Under the pieces are notes generated by a model. The model saw only the letters and a program-made list of their open reading frames with translations. It did not search any database and was not told the DNA's origin. From positions 1,458,507 through 1,522,506 of the forward strand of contig OY759598.1 in the NCBI GenBank assembly GCA_963662435.1: a DNA stretch of 64,000 nucleotides, read 5' to 3'. This DNA is from Dehalococcoidia bacterium (GTDB lineage: Bacteria > Chloroflexota > Dehalococcoidia > Lucifugimonadales > VXLM01). Positions 20,217-30,832 of this stretch are shown here, piece by piece. Made by a program: the position numbers and the translations under genes. Positions within the stretch are counted from its first letter, which is position 1. Each line of letters opens with the position of its first letter.

Positions 20217-22568
20217 GTGCGTTCAGACCAGCCGGACCGGGACTTCGAGGCGCTCCAGGAACGCCTGTCGCGCCTCAGCGAGGCCAGCCTGCGCATCAAC
20301 GAGAGCCTGGACTTCGACACGGTGCTCCAGGGCGTCCTCGACTCCGCCCGCTCCCTGACGGAAGCCCGCTACGGGGTGATGACGCTGCTCGACGACGAGG
20401 GCGGTGTCCAGGACTTCCTGTCCTCCGGGCTGACGGCCGAGGAGGCCGAGCAGCTCTGGCTCACCCCGGACAGGTGGCAGATCTTCGAGGCCCTGACCAA
20501 CATCTCCGAACCCATGAGAGTCCCTGACCTCGTGGAGCACGTGCATGCCTTGGGTTTCACGGAGTTCACCATCCCCCTGCCGGTGGAAGTCTTCCGCTTC
20601 ATGGCGGCGCCCATGTTTCACCGGGGCGTTCGCGTGGGCCAAGTCTTCATGGGCGACAAGGACGGCGGAGAGGAGTTCAGCCGAGCGGATGTGGAGACCC
20701 TCGTGATGTTCGCCTCCCAAGCGGCGCTGGTCATCGCCAACGCGCGCACTCACCGGGAGGAGCGGCAGGCTAGGGCCGACTTGGAGACGCTGATAAACAC
20801 CTCGCCTGTGGGTGTTGTCGTCCTAGACGCCCATACCGGAACTCTTGTGTCGTTCAACAGTGAGGCCATGCGCATCGTGGACGGTCTGCGGGAAGGGGAA
20901 CAGCCAGCGGAGGGTCTCCTGGAGGTGGTGACCTGCGTGCGTTCCGACGGCCGGGAAGTCTCCCTCAGGGAGCTGCCCTTGGCCGAGGCCTTGAGAGGCG
21001 GAGAGACGGTCCGGGCAGAGGAGATTATGCTGCGGGTGCCAGACGGGAGGAGCGTCAGCGTCCTGCTCAACGCCACGCCCTTCCACTCGGACGACGGCCG
21101 GCTAGCGTCTTTTATCCTCACCATACAGGACATGTCGCCCCTGGAGGAGCAGGTGCGGCTGCGGGCCGAGTTCCTGGCCATGGTTAGCCACGAGCTGAGG
21201 ACGCCCCTTGCGGCCGTCAAGGGCTCGATCACCACGCTGCTGGAGACCGCCGACGAGTTGGACCCTGCCGAGATGACTCAGTTCTTTCACATCATCCGCG
21301 ACCAGTCGGACCAGATGCGATACCTCATCGGCGAGCTCTTGGACGTGGCCCGCATCGAGACGGGCGCCCTCCAGGTGGACCCGGAGCCCACGGACTCGCA
21401 TGTGCTGGTGGACGAAGCCTCTAGCAGGTTCATGGCCGGAGACTCCGACAACACGCTGAACGTGGATCTTGCGGAGCACCTGCCCCTTGTGATGGCCGAC
21501 AAGAGGCGCATCGTCCAGGTGCTGAGCAGTCTGCTCTCCAACGCTGCCGGGTACTCGCCTAAAGGGTCGCCTATCCTGGTGACCGCCGTGCGGGAGGAGG
21601 TCCACGTCGCGGTCTCCGTCTCCGTCCAGGGACGAGGGACACCGGCGGACCTACTACCGGGGCTGTTTCGCAAGTTCTCGCAGGCATCGGGCGTCGACGG
21701 GTCGGGCCTTGGTCTCGCTGTCTGCAAAGGAATCGTTGAGGCCCACGGGGGCCGCATCCGGGCCGAGAGCGAAGGCCCGGGCCTTGGCGCGCGGTACACC
21801 TTTACGTTGCCGGCGGTGGAGGAGGTCGCAACAACCGTTTCCGGTCCCGCCTCTACCGGGTCGCGACGCACGCCCCGGGTACGAGTCCTGGCCGTGGATG
21901 ATGACCCCCACGCGTTGAGGTACGTTTGCGACGCCCTCACCAGGGCGGGCTACATGCCCATCCCGACCGGCGACCCCGCCGAGGTTCCCCGGCTCATGGC
22001 GGAGGAGAAGCCCCATCTGGCGCTGTTGGACATGGTGCTGCCGGGGAGCGACGGAATCGAGCTGATGAACGGCATCCGGAAGACGGCGGACGTGCCGGTC
22101 ATCTTCCTGTCGGTGTACGGCCAGGACGAGACCGTCGCCAGGGCTCTCGACATGGGGGCGGCGGACTATGTGGTCAAGCCCTTCTCACCGACGGAACTGG
22201 CGGCGAGGATCAGGGCGGCGCTCAGGAAACGGCTGGAACCCTTCAAGGGCGAGCCGTCGGGACCCTACGCCGCCGGGGGGCTGGGCATCGACTACGCCCT
22301 GCGCCGGGTGACGCTGGACGGGGAGCCGGTGGAGCTGACGGCCACGGAGTACGCGGTGCTCTACGAGCTTACCGTCCACGCCCCACGGGTGCTGACCCAC
22401 ACCGTGCTGCTCCAGCGGGTCTGGGGTCCGGAGAAGGTCGGCGAACCCTGGCTGGTGCGAGACGTGGTGAAGAGGCTCCGCCGCAAGCTGGGCGACGTCG
22501 CCAGCAGCCCCAGGTACATATTCACCGAACCGCGCGTCGGCTACCGGATGGCCAAGGGGGAGGAATAA
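20217..22568 (+). CDS. hybrid sensor kinase-response regulator (GAF-PAS-HisKA-HATPase-REC-wHTH), paralog 2
   Basis: FLAMVSHELRTP, GSGLGL, AVDDD/KPF, EPRVGYR; same architecture as 4324-6690. Divergent from the protease gene. Confidence 0.93.
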   Translation: MRSDQPDRDFEALQERLSRLSEASLRINESLDFDTVLQGVLDSARSLTEARYGVMTLLDDEGGVQDFLSSGLTAEEAEQLWLTPDRWQIFEALTNISEPMRVPDLVEHVHALGFTEFTIPLPVEVFRFMAAPMFHRGVRVGQVFMGDKDGGEEFSRADVETLVMFASQAALVIANARTHREERQARADLETLINTSPVGVVVLDAHTGTLVSFNSEAMRIVDGLREGEQPAEGLLEVVTCVRSDGREVSLRELPLAEALRGGETVRAEEIMLRVPDGRSVSVLLNATPFHSDDGRLASFILTIQDMSPLEEQVRLRAEFLAMVSHELRTPLAAVKGSITTLLETADELDPAEMTQFFHIIRDQSDQMRYLIGELLDVARIETGALQVDPEPTDSHVLVDEASSRFMAGDSDNTLNVDLAEHLPLVMADKRRIVQVLSSLLSNAAGYSPKGSPILVTAVREEVHVAVSVSVQGRGTPADLLPGLFRKFSQASGVDGSGLGLAVCKGIVEAHGGRIRAESEGPGLGARYTFTLPAVEEVATTVSGPASTGSRRTPRVRVLAVDDDPHALRYVCDALTRAGYMPIPTGDPAEVPRLMAEEKPHLALLDMVLPGSDGIELMNGIRKTADVPVIFLSVYGQDETVARALDMGAADYVVKPFSPTELAARIRAALRKRLEPFKGEPSGPYAAGGLGIDYALRRVTLDGEPVELTATEYAVLYELTVHAPRVLTHTVLLQRVWGPEKVGEPWLVRDVVKRLRRKLGDVASSPRYIFTEPRVGYRMAKGEE

Positions 22569-22580
22569 CCTTGAATCCAA

Positions 22581-22678
22581 ATGTCCCCCATCAGTTCCAC
22601 TCCGTCGTGCTCCGACAGCATCAGGTCCAGCAGGGCTAGGCGGGGGCTGTGTTGCGTCATCAGGAGTAGCGCCTCCTC
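22581..22678 (-). pseudogene. ~100-bp receiver-domain fragment of the 4324-6690-type kinase
   Basis: EEALLLMTQHSPRLALLDLMLSEHDGVELMGDI is nearly identical to 4829-4926. Confidence 0.85.
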
Positions 22679-22695
22679 TTCTCTGAGATCGAAAA

Positions 22696-22947
22696 ATGTC
22701 CATGGACCTGATCGTTGAACCAATCAAACCCACCGGCCGCGCCGGATACAGCATAACCATCCTGGGTGTAACCAATATCGAGCAAGTCCGCTTTTCAGAA
22801 ACAGAACTCGTCTGCCGAGGCGACGCCACACACTTCCTCGCAGGTGACTTGCGCAACCGGGGACAACACGTACCGGCAAAAGTCGAAGAAGGCCCGCTAG
22901 AATTCCGTTGGGAGGAAGACGAAGATGGCTTCTCACACATATGGTAG
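22696..22947 (+). CDS. hypothetical protein
   Basis: 83-aa ORF at the start of the skewed region. Confidence 0.5.
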   Translation: MSMDLIVEPIKPTGRAGYSITILGVTNIEQVRFSETELVCRGDATHFLAGDLRNRGQHVPAKVEEGPLEFRWEEDEDGFSHIW

Positions 22948-23041
22948 AAACGCCTCTGAGCCACAACACGAATCGCCCAACCCTCTTCATTATCGGCTGA
23001 TAGCCACCTTCACCGACTACTCCCCCTGAGACCCACAACAG

Positions 23042-23785
23042 ATGACGCCTCCGAACTGGCTCTCTCCTCACCCTCCTAAGTGCAGCTGTCAACGTTGCAC
23101 CAACAGACGCTTACGCCAAGTCCAACAAACCTGGCATTCAAAATCCCGTCGTCCTACCACTGCCAGCAGACATTCCAAGCCACTCAAACACTCAACACCT
23201 CGTCGACTTCGTAGGCGAAACCACTACAAGTTCAGATTTCCCTGGCCATTCATCTTCATAGTTTTCGCTGGCCTCATCACGTACGCCATCATCTATTCCT
23301 ACGACCCGGACCTAATTTCACCTGAACCCCCCGATGCCACAGCAATCGAACGGTTCGTCGCCACATACACCAACCAAACTCGACAGGACAACGGACTACG
23401 TGTCCTCAGACTCGAGGACAGGATCTCCGCCATCGCCCGGGCTCACAGTGAGAACATGATCGTCTCTGGATACTCCCACGATCTGGACGGCAAAGGTCCC
23501 ACCGACAGAGCCTTGCAAGCCGGATACGATTGCGCCGCGAAACTAACAGACGGGTCCTACAGCTACGGCTTTTCCGAAAACATCTTCCTCTACCCCACCG
23601 ACAATGTCCCCACTGGCTACGGCACCCGCGACGAAGCAATAGCGGCAGACCTGGTAACCGGATGGATGAACAGTCCCGGCCATCGACAGAATATCCTCGA
23701 CGCCACATCACGCAGCTTCGGTGTTGGCATTGCAGTCAAAGGATCCTCTATCTACGCAACCCAAAACTTCTCCCCCTGTCGCTAA
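23042..23785 (+). CDS. membrane-anchored CAP (SCP-like) domain protein
   Basis: TM helix, then TNQTR...IARAHSENM...SENI...GWMNSPGHRQNIL...ATQNF. Confidence 0.9.
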   Translation: MTPPNWLSPHPPKCSCQRCTNRRLRQVQQTWHSKSRRPTTASRHSKPLKHSTPRRLRRRNHYKFRFPWPFIFIVFAGLITYAIIYSYDPDLISPEPPDATAIERFVATYTNQTRQDNGLRVLRLEDRISAIARAHSENMIVSGYSHDLDGKGPTDRALQAGYDCAAKLTDGSYSYGFSENIFLYPTDNVPTGYGTRDEAIAADLVTGWMNSPGHRQNILDATSRSFGVGIAVKGSSIYATQNFSPCR

Positions 23786-23818
23786 GTGCTCCAATCCCCT
23801 TCCAACACGTGGTAGTAA

Positions 23819-24382
23819 ATGTGGGAATGGCCCACCAACTCATCCAATCCTTTAGCAGAGTTCGAGTCCCACCAGAGCAACTCAAACCCGCAACTCTCCG
23901 ATAGCGAAGGAACCCACGACCTGAAGTCACCGGCCGCGCTCCTCCAGTCGGCCCTCGTCAACCTGGCCAACGAACGCCCCTCACTACGAGGCAATATCGC
24001 CAGCCTCACCATTGAAGCACTACGCATGAACGCCCAGGCGAACATCGAGATCGAGGAACTCACGCAGATAGTCCACACAGCAACGAGACTGACCGAAACA
24101 ACCGACAGTCCGCCACGGTACTCCGTAGAGAAACACCGAGCACGAATGCAAGAGGAACGCCAGGACGCAGCCCACCGATTAGCCGAGATGCGCGCCCAGC
24201 ACCAACATCTCACCCCCGATGAACGAATTGACGACGTCAAAGAGCTACGAGCACAAGGTATGACCTATCAAAAGATAGCCGACATCCACGGAGTCAGCTA
24301 CAATCAGGTAGTCACCATCGTCCACTACACCCCTAAGCCGGCAGCCCCGATCATAAGAAGGCCCACCCACTTGACAGAGTGA
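23819..24382 (+). CDS. protein with C-terminal helix-turn-helix (possible PriCT-HTH half of a Rep)
   Basis: VKELRAQGMTYQKIADIHGVSYNQV HTH; start uncertain. Confidence 0.6.
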   Translation: MWEWPTNSSNPLAEFESHQSNSNPQLSDSEGTHDLKSPAALLQSALVNLANERPSLRGNIASLTIEALRMNAQANIEIEELTQIVHTATRLTETTDSPPRYSVEKHRARMQEERQDAAHRLAEMRAQHQHLTPDERIDDVKELRAQGMTYQKIADIHGVSYNQVVTIVHYTPKPAAPIIRRPTHLTE

Positions 24383-24386
24383 CCAC

Positions 24387-25004
24387 ATGAAGCACGCCCT
24401 ACCGAGGTCCTCGGTGGACATCGTCTCAGCCCTAGCCTTGTTGCTTGCGCTGACTCTAGCCACAGCTTGCACGGTTGATTCGACACCGACACCAGCCCCT
24501 TTACCGACTCCCACGACCGTACCCACGCCCCAGCCGACTCTCACGACCACCGAATCACAATTGGTGGATCGGGCCAGAAACGCCTTCAGAAACGCGACGC
24601 CGCAGCCGAACACCACCACCACCGAATCACAACAAGCATCTCTTCAACGTTTTGCACAGAGTTTTTGGGAAGGCCCTGAATACATCTGTTTCATCCGTGA
24701 CGAGCAAGGAGCTTGTGTAACCTATGATCACAAATGGACGGTCTACTGGTTCTTCGCCATCAACTTCAGTAATGGGACCATGGTTTCCCTACAGCTCAAC
24801 CACGTGGTATCAGATAACTTTGGTCTCAGTGCAACCTATGAATATGCTTATGTAGAAACTTGCTTTCATCAGGACTACAGGAAATGGCACTTATCAGAAC
24901 TCAGTTCGTGCGAAGATGACACGTTCGATTTAGCGATAGCCATCACAGCATTGAGACAATCAATAGCTAACGACTGGCCCGAGCTACTTCAAGCCTTCGA
25001 TTGA
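24387..25004 (+). CDS. putative lipoprotein with PT-rich linker
   Basis: LATAC lipobox, PTPAPLPTPT linker, duplicated TTTESQ. Confidence 0.7.
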   Translation: MKHALPRSSVDIVSALALLLALTLATACTVDSTPTPAPLPTPTTVPTPQPTLTTTESQLVDRARNAFRNATPQPNTTTTESQQASLQRFAQSFWEGPEYICFIRDEQGACVTYDHKWTVYWFFAINFSNGTMVSLQLNHVVSDNFGLSATYEYAYVETCFHQDYRKWHLSELSSCEDDTFDLAIAITALRQSIANDWPELLQAFD

Positions 25005-25189
25005 CCACCTGCGCGGGGGGCCGCTTCGACGCATGTTTTTCACCATGGCCATGGGCATGTGCGCGACGGTCTCCGTCGAGCACGTCCACCAGGGCGACGA
25101 CCTCACATCAAGCACCAGTCGAGCCGATCCGCGCCGAAAGCCGACACCAACAACTTGAAACCATGCTCACTAATGAATACCCTAAAGAT

Positions 25190-25513
25190 ATGACACTAAC
25201 CATCCTAACCATCCTAATCATCCTCACGGCTTGCTCCACCACCAGCTCGCCCGACATCCAACCCACGCACGACTCTCCCCCCATACCAGCACCCGCAAGC
25301 GCAGCACTTCAAGAAACAGTCGCGGAACTTCTCGACGTCGACCCACCCTGCCTGTGCCACGCCTTCACCTTCGAGGAAGCTCACGCTTGGGATGAAGAGA
25401 CCATTCACTCAATCGACGCAACCAAACTCACCGGCCCCACGACGAATCGCCCCACGTTCTCTCACAGGCCCGTCGAGACCCCAGCAGAATATCCAGGCCG
25501 GTCCCTCGATTAA
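25190..25513 (+). CDS. putative lipoprotein
   Basis: MTLTILTILIILTAC lipobox. Confidence 0.5.
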   Translation: MTLTILTILIILTACSTTSSPDIQPTHDSPPIPAPASAALQETVAELLDVDPPCLCHAFTFEEAHAWDEETIHSIDATKLTGPTTNRPTFSHRPVETPAEYPGRSLD

Positions 25514-25976
25514 CCCGACGACCACCGCCGAGCTCCAGAACATCCGCCAGAACCGACCACCTGAGCCGCAGCTCTTATCGTTTCCCCGATCCGTGCAACG
25601 ATAGCGGCGATCGCCAGCAAACGTTACGCCTGGCTGTAACGTTCACGCCCTCGAACTGGTATCATTACCAAATCCTGTAACGATGAGGCCCTTATCACAC
25701 GATGATCGTCACACAGACGTCGACCAGGTCATGAGACTACTGCTCGAAGGAGTACCAGGCTAAGCGCTACCGATACCCGGGTTTCTGTTCATCCACCTGC
25801 AGGGTCTGGAGACATCGTGACGTCAAACGCCTCGCTCAGCTCGCAGTCGAGGTTACAACGCTCAGAGCACGGCTCAAAATGCCGGCCTTGAAAGTCGACA
25901 TAACCACCCGCTGGTAGACGCTGAAGATCCATTCGCACTCTGCCAACCACCCCGAGCTCCTAAACCAACGCCAAAA

Positions 25977-26729
25977 CTATGACCTAGGCCGAGAAGCCAG
26001 CTCTAACGCCAGCCCTATATCACACCCACCTATACCGATTACCTCGAACGGATCCGCTCCAACCACCAACTCCATCAACAACACGCATACGCCGATCTCG
26101 TTCTCGCGAACGACCCTCTCCTTGTCCCCAAGCCCGCCCGACGCCGCCAGGTGGTCCATGATCACGAAGTGCTGAGCAACAGCCCTCTCTATCATCTCCT
26201 CTGATTCCCCCGCCTTCATTCCGTCGAATCGAACAGTCAGTTCCTCTACCTCACGATAGAAACCCCGCTCCTCAACAAGCTCCTTCAGAATAGCCGTGAG
26301 AGCAAAAACGTCCCCACCGGCAAGAAACCGATCTGCCGCACCAGGCTCAAACACCCGGATCCGGCCCGCGACCCAATTCCTATCCTCAGTCCGCCCCGCC
26401 GCACTCTCTAGCATCGGCAAGACGCTACTGACGTTCAGACCAGGCGGAGCCACGTCGTAGCCCTCTGTATTCCACTCAAGCGCCTGCCACCACCCTAGGT
26501 CGAAGCCCGCGAATTCAGCCTCTATGCGCTCCAACGAATGACCATCGCTAGGCAATAGTCGATAGGCTACATGGTACTCATCCGCAAGAATGGACACAGC
26601 ATCAGGCAACTCAACCTGGCGGTCGCTTGCCCCGAAGGAACAACCGACCGCCAGAAATATCGCTCCGATCAGCAGCAGTCTCACAACCCCACCATAACCC
26701 CTATGTTTCGTACCAATAGCAAATCTCAT
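25977..26729 (-). CDS. putative acidic lipoprotein
   Basis: LAVGC lipobox; 250-aa ORF overlapping the end of the upstream gene. Confidence 0.7.
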   Translation of the reverse strand: MRFAIGTKHRGYGGVVRLLLIGAIFLAVGCSFGASDRQVELPDAVSILADEYHVAYRLLPSDGHSLERIEAEFAGFDLGWWQALEWNTEGYDVAPPGLNVSSVLPMLESAAGRTEDRNWVAGRIRVFEPGAADRFLAGGDVFALTAILKELVEERGFYREVEELTVRFDGMKAGESEEMIERAVAQHFVIMDHLAASGGLGDKERVVRENEIGVCVLLMELVVGADPFEVIGIGGCDIGLALELASRPRS

Positions 26730-27321
26730 TTCTGGTAGGCACAGGCGTAGGCTCGTCTAGGACGTGCGCCCAGAACCCTCCACAGTACTTGTACTTGTTA
26801 TTCGCCCGGTAGTCTGCATAAGTCCACGAGGACGTATACGTCGCATTCTCGAATCTACGGCCCGAATACGAATACCCCGGATTGCTGAATATCTTCGACC
26901 ATGAATGGAACGACCGGATTGTCCGGACACATGCCGCAGACGAAAACGCCCCTACACGCGACCCGACGCTAAACGTCACATTTGCTGGCCTCGAGCAATG
27001 GGAATGACGCGAGGTCTCGTCTCTTGCATGAACATGCTCACCCACAGCCGGCGCCTTCTTCTCCATTTCCACGACCGCCGCGAAAAAGTTTTTCTTGTCC
27101 TCTTCCGTCAGTGCCGTCTGAGACGCCAGATCGACAAGAAACCCATCCTCCAATCCGTTCTTCACATCAGTCCTTAGCGCCTTGAAGTCCTTAAGCTGTG
27201 TCGCGTTCAGGTAGTCCCCTGGCTCTGGCTTTCTCTCATTACTCTGGGCGTAGACCACACCCGACACAATGAACGCCACCGTAACCGCCACCGCTCCCTA
27301 ACCTGCAATCAGTTTCAACAT
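26701..27321 (-). pseudogene. secreted protein with an in-frame TAG in the signal peptide
   Basis: GGAGG RBS, MLKLIAG*GAVAVTVAFIVSGVVYAQ; basic, aromatic, Cys-containing C-terminal domain. Confidence 0.55.
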
Positions 27322-27652
27322 TTCATGCCTCCGTCAGTCAGAATATGGCCGCACCCTAACCGAATACCCCCGCACACGCAAGCACAGACCCGACGAAGTG
27401 CTCACACCATCACGACACCCGTTCACCCGGAAGCAACCGATGAACCAAAACGCCAAGAGGAATACCACACCAGATCGACAGCAACCAGGCGTCCCAATCC
27501 GACCCCACGCCAAAGTGGTCCACGCCGTACATCCAGCCCGTTCCAACTCCGCAAGCGACGCCGATCACCAGTCCCCGAATCCACCACCGATCAAGCAATC
27601 GTCGCAACCTACCCATACCGCACCCCCTCAATCAGTCAACATAACCGAACAA

Positions 27653-29526
27653 CCTAGATTCCCCACCTAGATAAGAGGAAGACCTCGTTGGCGCCCGCCG
27701 TGAAGCGGGCTAAGATGTTTCTTGCAAAAGAGAACCTATCACCAACGAGGTGCACCTATTATGAAGCAAGGAGTTCTGCCGTTCCAGTACGAGCAGGAGA
27801 AGAGATTGACAGGTATGACGGCGCTGTCCGGCCTGATTATCTACTTGGAGTTGCTACACGCATCCGGCTTGAAGTCATCGATAGAGCGCCACGTCGGGCT
27901 GCGAGAGTATGGTCAGGGCTGGACGGACAGCCAGATAGTCAACTCGCTGATACTGCTGAACCTGGCAGAGGGCGAGTCGGTGGTCGATCTCGATATCCTG
28001 GAGAAGGACGCGGGGTTCTGCAGGGTGGTTCGCGAGGTCGAGACTTGGGGAATGGGTCGCAGAGAGCGCAGGGCGTTGGAAGAGCGGTGGCGTGTGGAGC
28101 GTCGTCGGAGTCTGCCGTCGGAGTCTGCGGTGTTCCGGTACTTGGAGATGTTCCATGACGCGGGCGAGGAGGCGAAGCGGGAAGCTCACCGGGCATTCAT
28201 ACCTTCTCCCAACGAAGCGCTGAGGGGACTGCATCAGGTCAACGCCGACCTTGTGGGCTTCGTGCAGAGCCGTTCGCCTCAGCGGGAGGCCACGCTGGAC
28301 ATGGACGCGACGCTGGTGGAGACGCACAAGCAGGAGGCGCTCTACAGCTACAAAAAGTACAGGGCATACCAGCCGCTGACGACCTACTGGTCGGAGGCCG
28401 ATCTGATCGTGCATTCGGAGTTCCGAGACGGCAACGTACCATCGGGCCATCAGCAGTTGCGCGTGTTGACTGAAGCGCTGGGGCAACTGCCTGATGGGGT
28501 GGAGAGGGTGATGCTGAGGTCTGACACGGCGGGGTATCAGCAGGAGTTGCTGCGGTACTGCGCCGAGGGTAGAGACGAGCGGTTCGGGGTGATCGAGTTC
28601 GCGGTGGGGGTTGACGTGACGTCGGAGTTTCGCCGTGCGGTGTCCGAGGTTGCCGAGCAAGACTGGCGGACGCTGTACCGAAAGGTTGGGGAGCATCGTG
28701 TGGACACGGGTCAGCAGTGGGCTGAGGTGAACTTCGTGCCCAACTGGATAGGGCACTCCAAGAACAGCCCTGAGTATCGGTTCATCGCCATCAGGGAACA
28801 ACTGAAAGAACAGCCTCTGCCTGGGCTGGAGAGACAGTTGGAACTTCCCTTCCCGGCGATGAGGATGTCCAAACGGAGGTTGGCACAAGGTCTTCGGAGT
28901 AGTGACCAAGCGAGACCTTCCGGGAGACGAGTTGGTCCGGTGGTCGAGGCAGAGGTGCGGCAAAGGCGAGGAGGTGCATAGCGTTCTGAAGAACGATCTG
29001 GCTGGTGGCAGGTTGCCTTCGGGTCTGTTCGGGGCCAACGCTGCATGGTGGGCCATAGCGGTGCTGGCATTCAATCTGAACTCAGCGATGAAACGGCTGG
29101 TGCTGGGCCGAGAGTGGGTGAGCAGGCGACTGAAGGCAGTCCGGTTCACCCTGATCGCCCTTGCTGGCCGTGTGGAGCGTCACGCCAGGCGATTGATCAT
29201 CCGCCTGGCGCGTGGGCATCCCTCATACGAGTTGCTACTCAGGGCGCGGGAGAAACTACTGGCGCTGGCTGCCGAGCCCTGAGCGTAGGTGACCTGTGCC
29301 GGAGCATCAGTTGAAGGCGACTCATTCGAGTTGCCGTGTCGGGTCATGCCTTCCTTGGCCTCGAGAGAGCCACCATTGGGCATGTGGGGGGCTCCACTAC
29401 TCTCAAAAACGTCGCCCAAAACCCTCTCTACGGCCCAATCTGAGCATATGTGACGCCGAGTCGACAACGAACACGTCCTGGAGAACCACTAAGGCCACAC
29501 CAACATGGTTAGGTGGGGGATTTGGG
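27653..29526 (+). mobile_element. IS1380-family element
   Basis: Imperfect IRs CCTAGATTCCCCACCTAG and TTAGGTGGGGGATTTGGG; ACAA duplicated on both flanks. Confidence 0.85.
27761..29282 (+). pseudogene. IS1380-type DDE transposase, frameshifted near 28870
   Basis: TLDMDAT, FRDGN, LRSDTAGY motifs; the C-terminus (RCGKGEEVH...FGANAAW) is in another frame. Confidence 0.88.
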
Positions 29527-30372
29527 ACAAGAGGAGCTGAACGATGCCCTGGTAGAGCACACGAACCTCCAGGAGCTAGACGACGCCCCGGTACAAGACT
29601 AGCTATCTGCCATTCATCCGATACCCGCCGAGATGAACAAATTACACCCCGCAATAAGAAGAAACCCAGTAACCACCAGAACCCCTGTCCAAATAAGAGA
29701 CTCTTTCATCTCTCCCTCCTAATCCTTCGAACGCTCTCCAAGCTTATGATCCCTGTCAACCCCCGCATTCTCACACAGGCCCACCGCGACCGCAGATGAG
29801 CATCGAGGCCAGCCACGTCAACGAGCTCCAACCACCAGCTGCCAACGTCCGGCCCCTCGATAGTCCCGACGACCGCCGCCCAGGTCGAGGTCGAGAACGT
29901 CCGCCAGGTCAAGCACTTCCCCAGGGCCGACGACCAGCTGGATGAGAAACCGCCGTCCACCAGGAATCAGGCCGGAGAGACCCGATCACCCCGTTTTCAG
30001 CCGAAACCCGCCGCGATCGACGCCGGAGAAGGCCCGTAGAGGCCCTCGAATCCGCCAAGAAGTACCAACCCCTTGCCGACTTCAAGGAATCAACCCACGT
30101 TCTCGCACAGGCCCAGGGAGACCCCAGGAGAACATCGAGGCCGGACAGATCGAGCAGCTGAGACCACCAACTGCCAAGCTCCGGCCCGTCGTTAGTGCCG
30201 ACGAACGCCACCCAGGTCGAGCACTTCCACCAGGACGAAACCACCGTCTTAGGACAACCCAAACGCTTCAAATACGTTACACCACCTAGCGACCACACCG
30301 TCAAAACCTTAGAATCCAACCAGAACATAGCAACTCAAACCCGCAAGTCCCTCACAAGAGCACAACCCACTC

Positions 30373-30783
30373 ATGAAATACGCCATACTTATCAAGGTCA
30401 GCACAGCTCTCCTCGTAGCCCTAGCCGCCGCCGCTTGCAACACCGGCCCACCACCACCCAACTTGAGCTGCCAGACGCTCCTCCCTCACGCTCAACGCAT
30501 AACACACGGATGGCTATTCCACGCAATACGACCTAACGACCCGTCAGGATACGACACGAATCTCCTGCAGGTAACCGACATCGAGCAAGTCCACAAGTCC
30601 GAAAACGATCTCACTTGCCGAGGCAAAGGGTTATTCCTCCACGTAGGCGAACCCCTATTAGACGAGAACGGAAAACGAACCACAGTCAAAGTAGAAGAAA
30701 ATTCCGTGACCTTCTACTGGCGAAAGCAAGACGACGGATCTACCACAATCAACTGGACGGACCCCGATCGGTACCCCGACTAA
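30373..30783 (+). CDS. putative lipoprotein
   Basis: LAAAAC lipobox. Confidence 0.7.
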   Translation: MKYAILIKVSTALLVALAAAACNTGPPPPNLSCQTLLPHAQRITHGWLFHAIRPNDPSGYDTNLLQVTDIEQVHKSENDLTCRGKGLFLHVGEPLLDENGKRTTVKVEENSVTFYWRKQDDGSTTINWTDPDRYPD

Positions 30784-30832
30784 CTTCCAAGCACCACCAG
30801 GCCCTCAACAGTCCCAACCGCCGCCGTCGACG

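Noticed and set aside
6920..27321. TAG recoding suggested by in-frame TAGs at 6929, 10175, about 12483 and 27298
   Set aside because: Many intact genes here end in TAG. Two cases are copies of one mutation and one is CAG in the intact IS5, so ordinary decay explains them.
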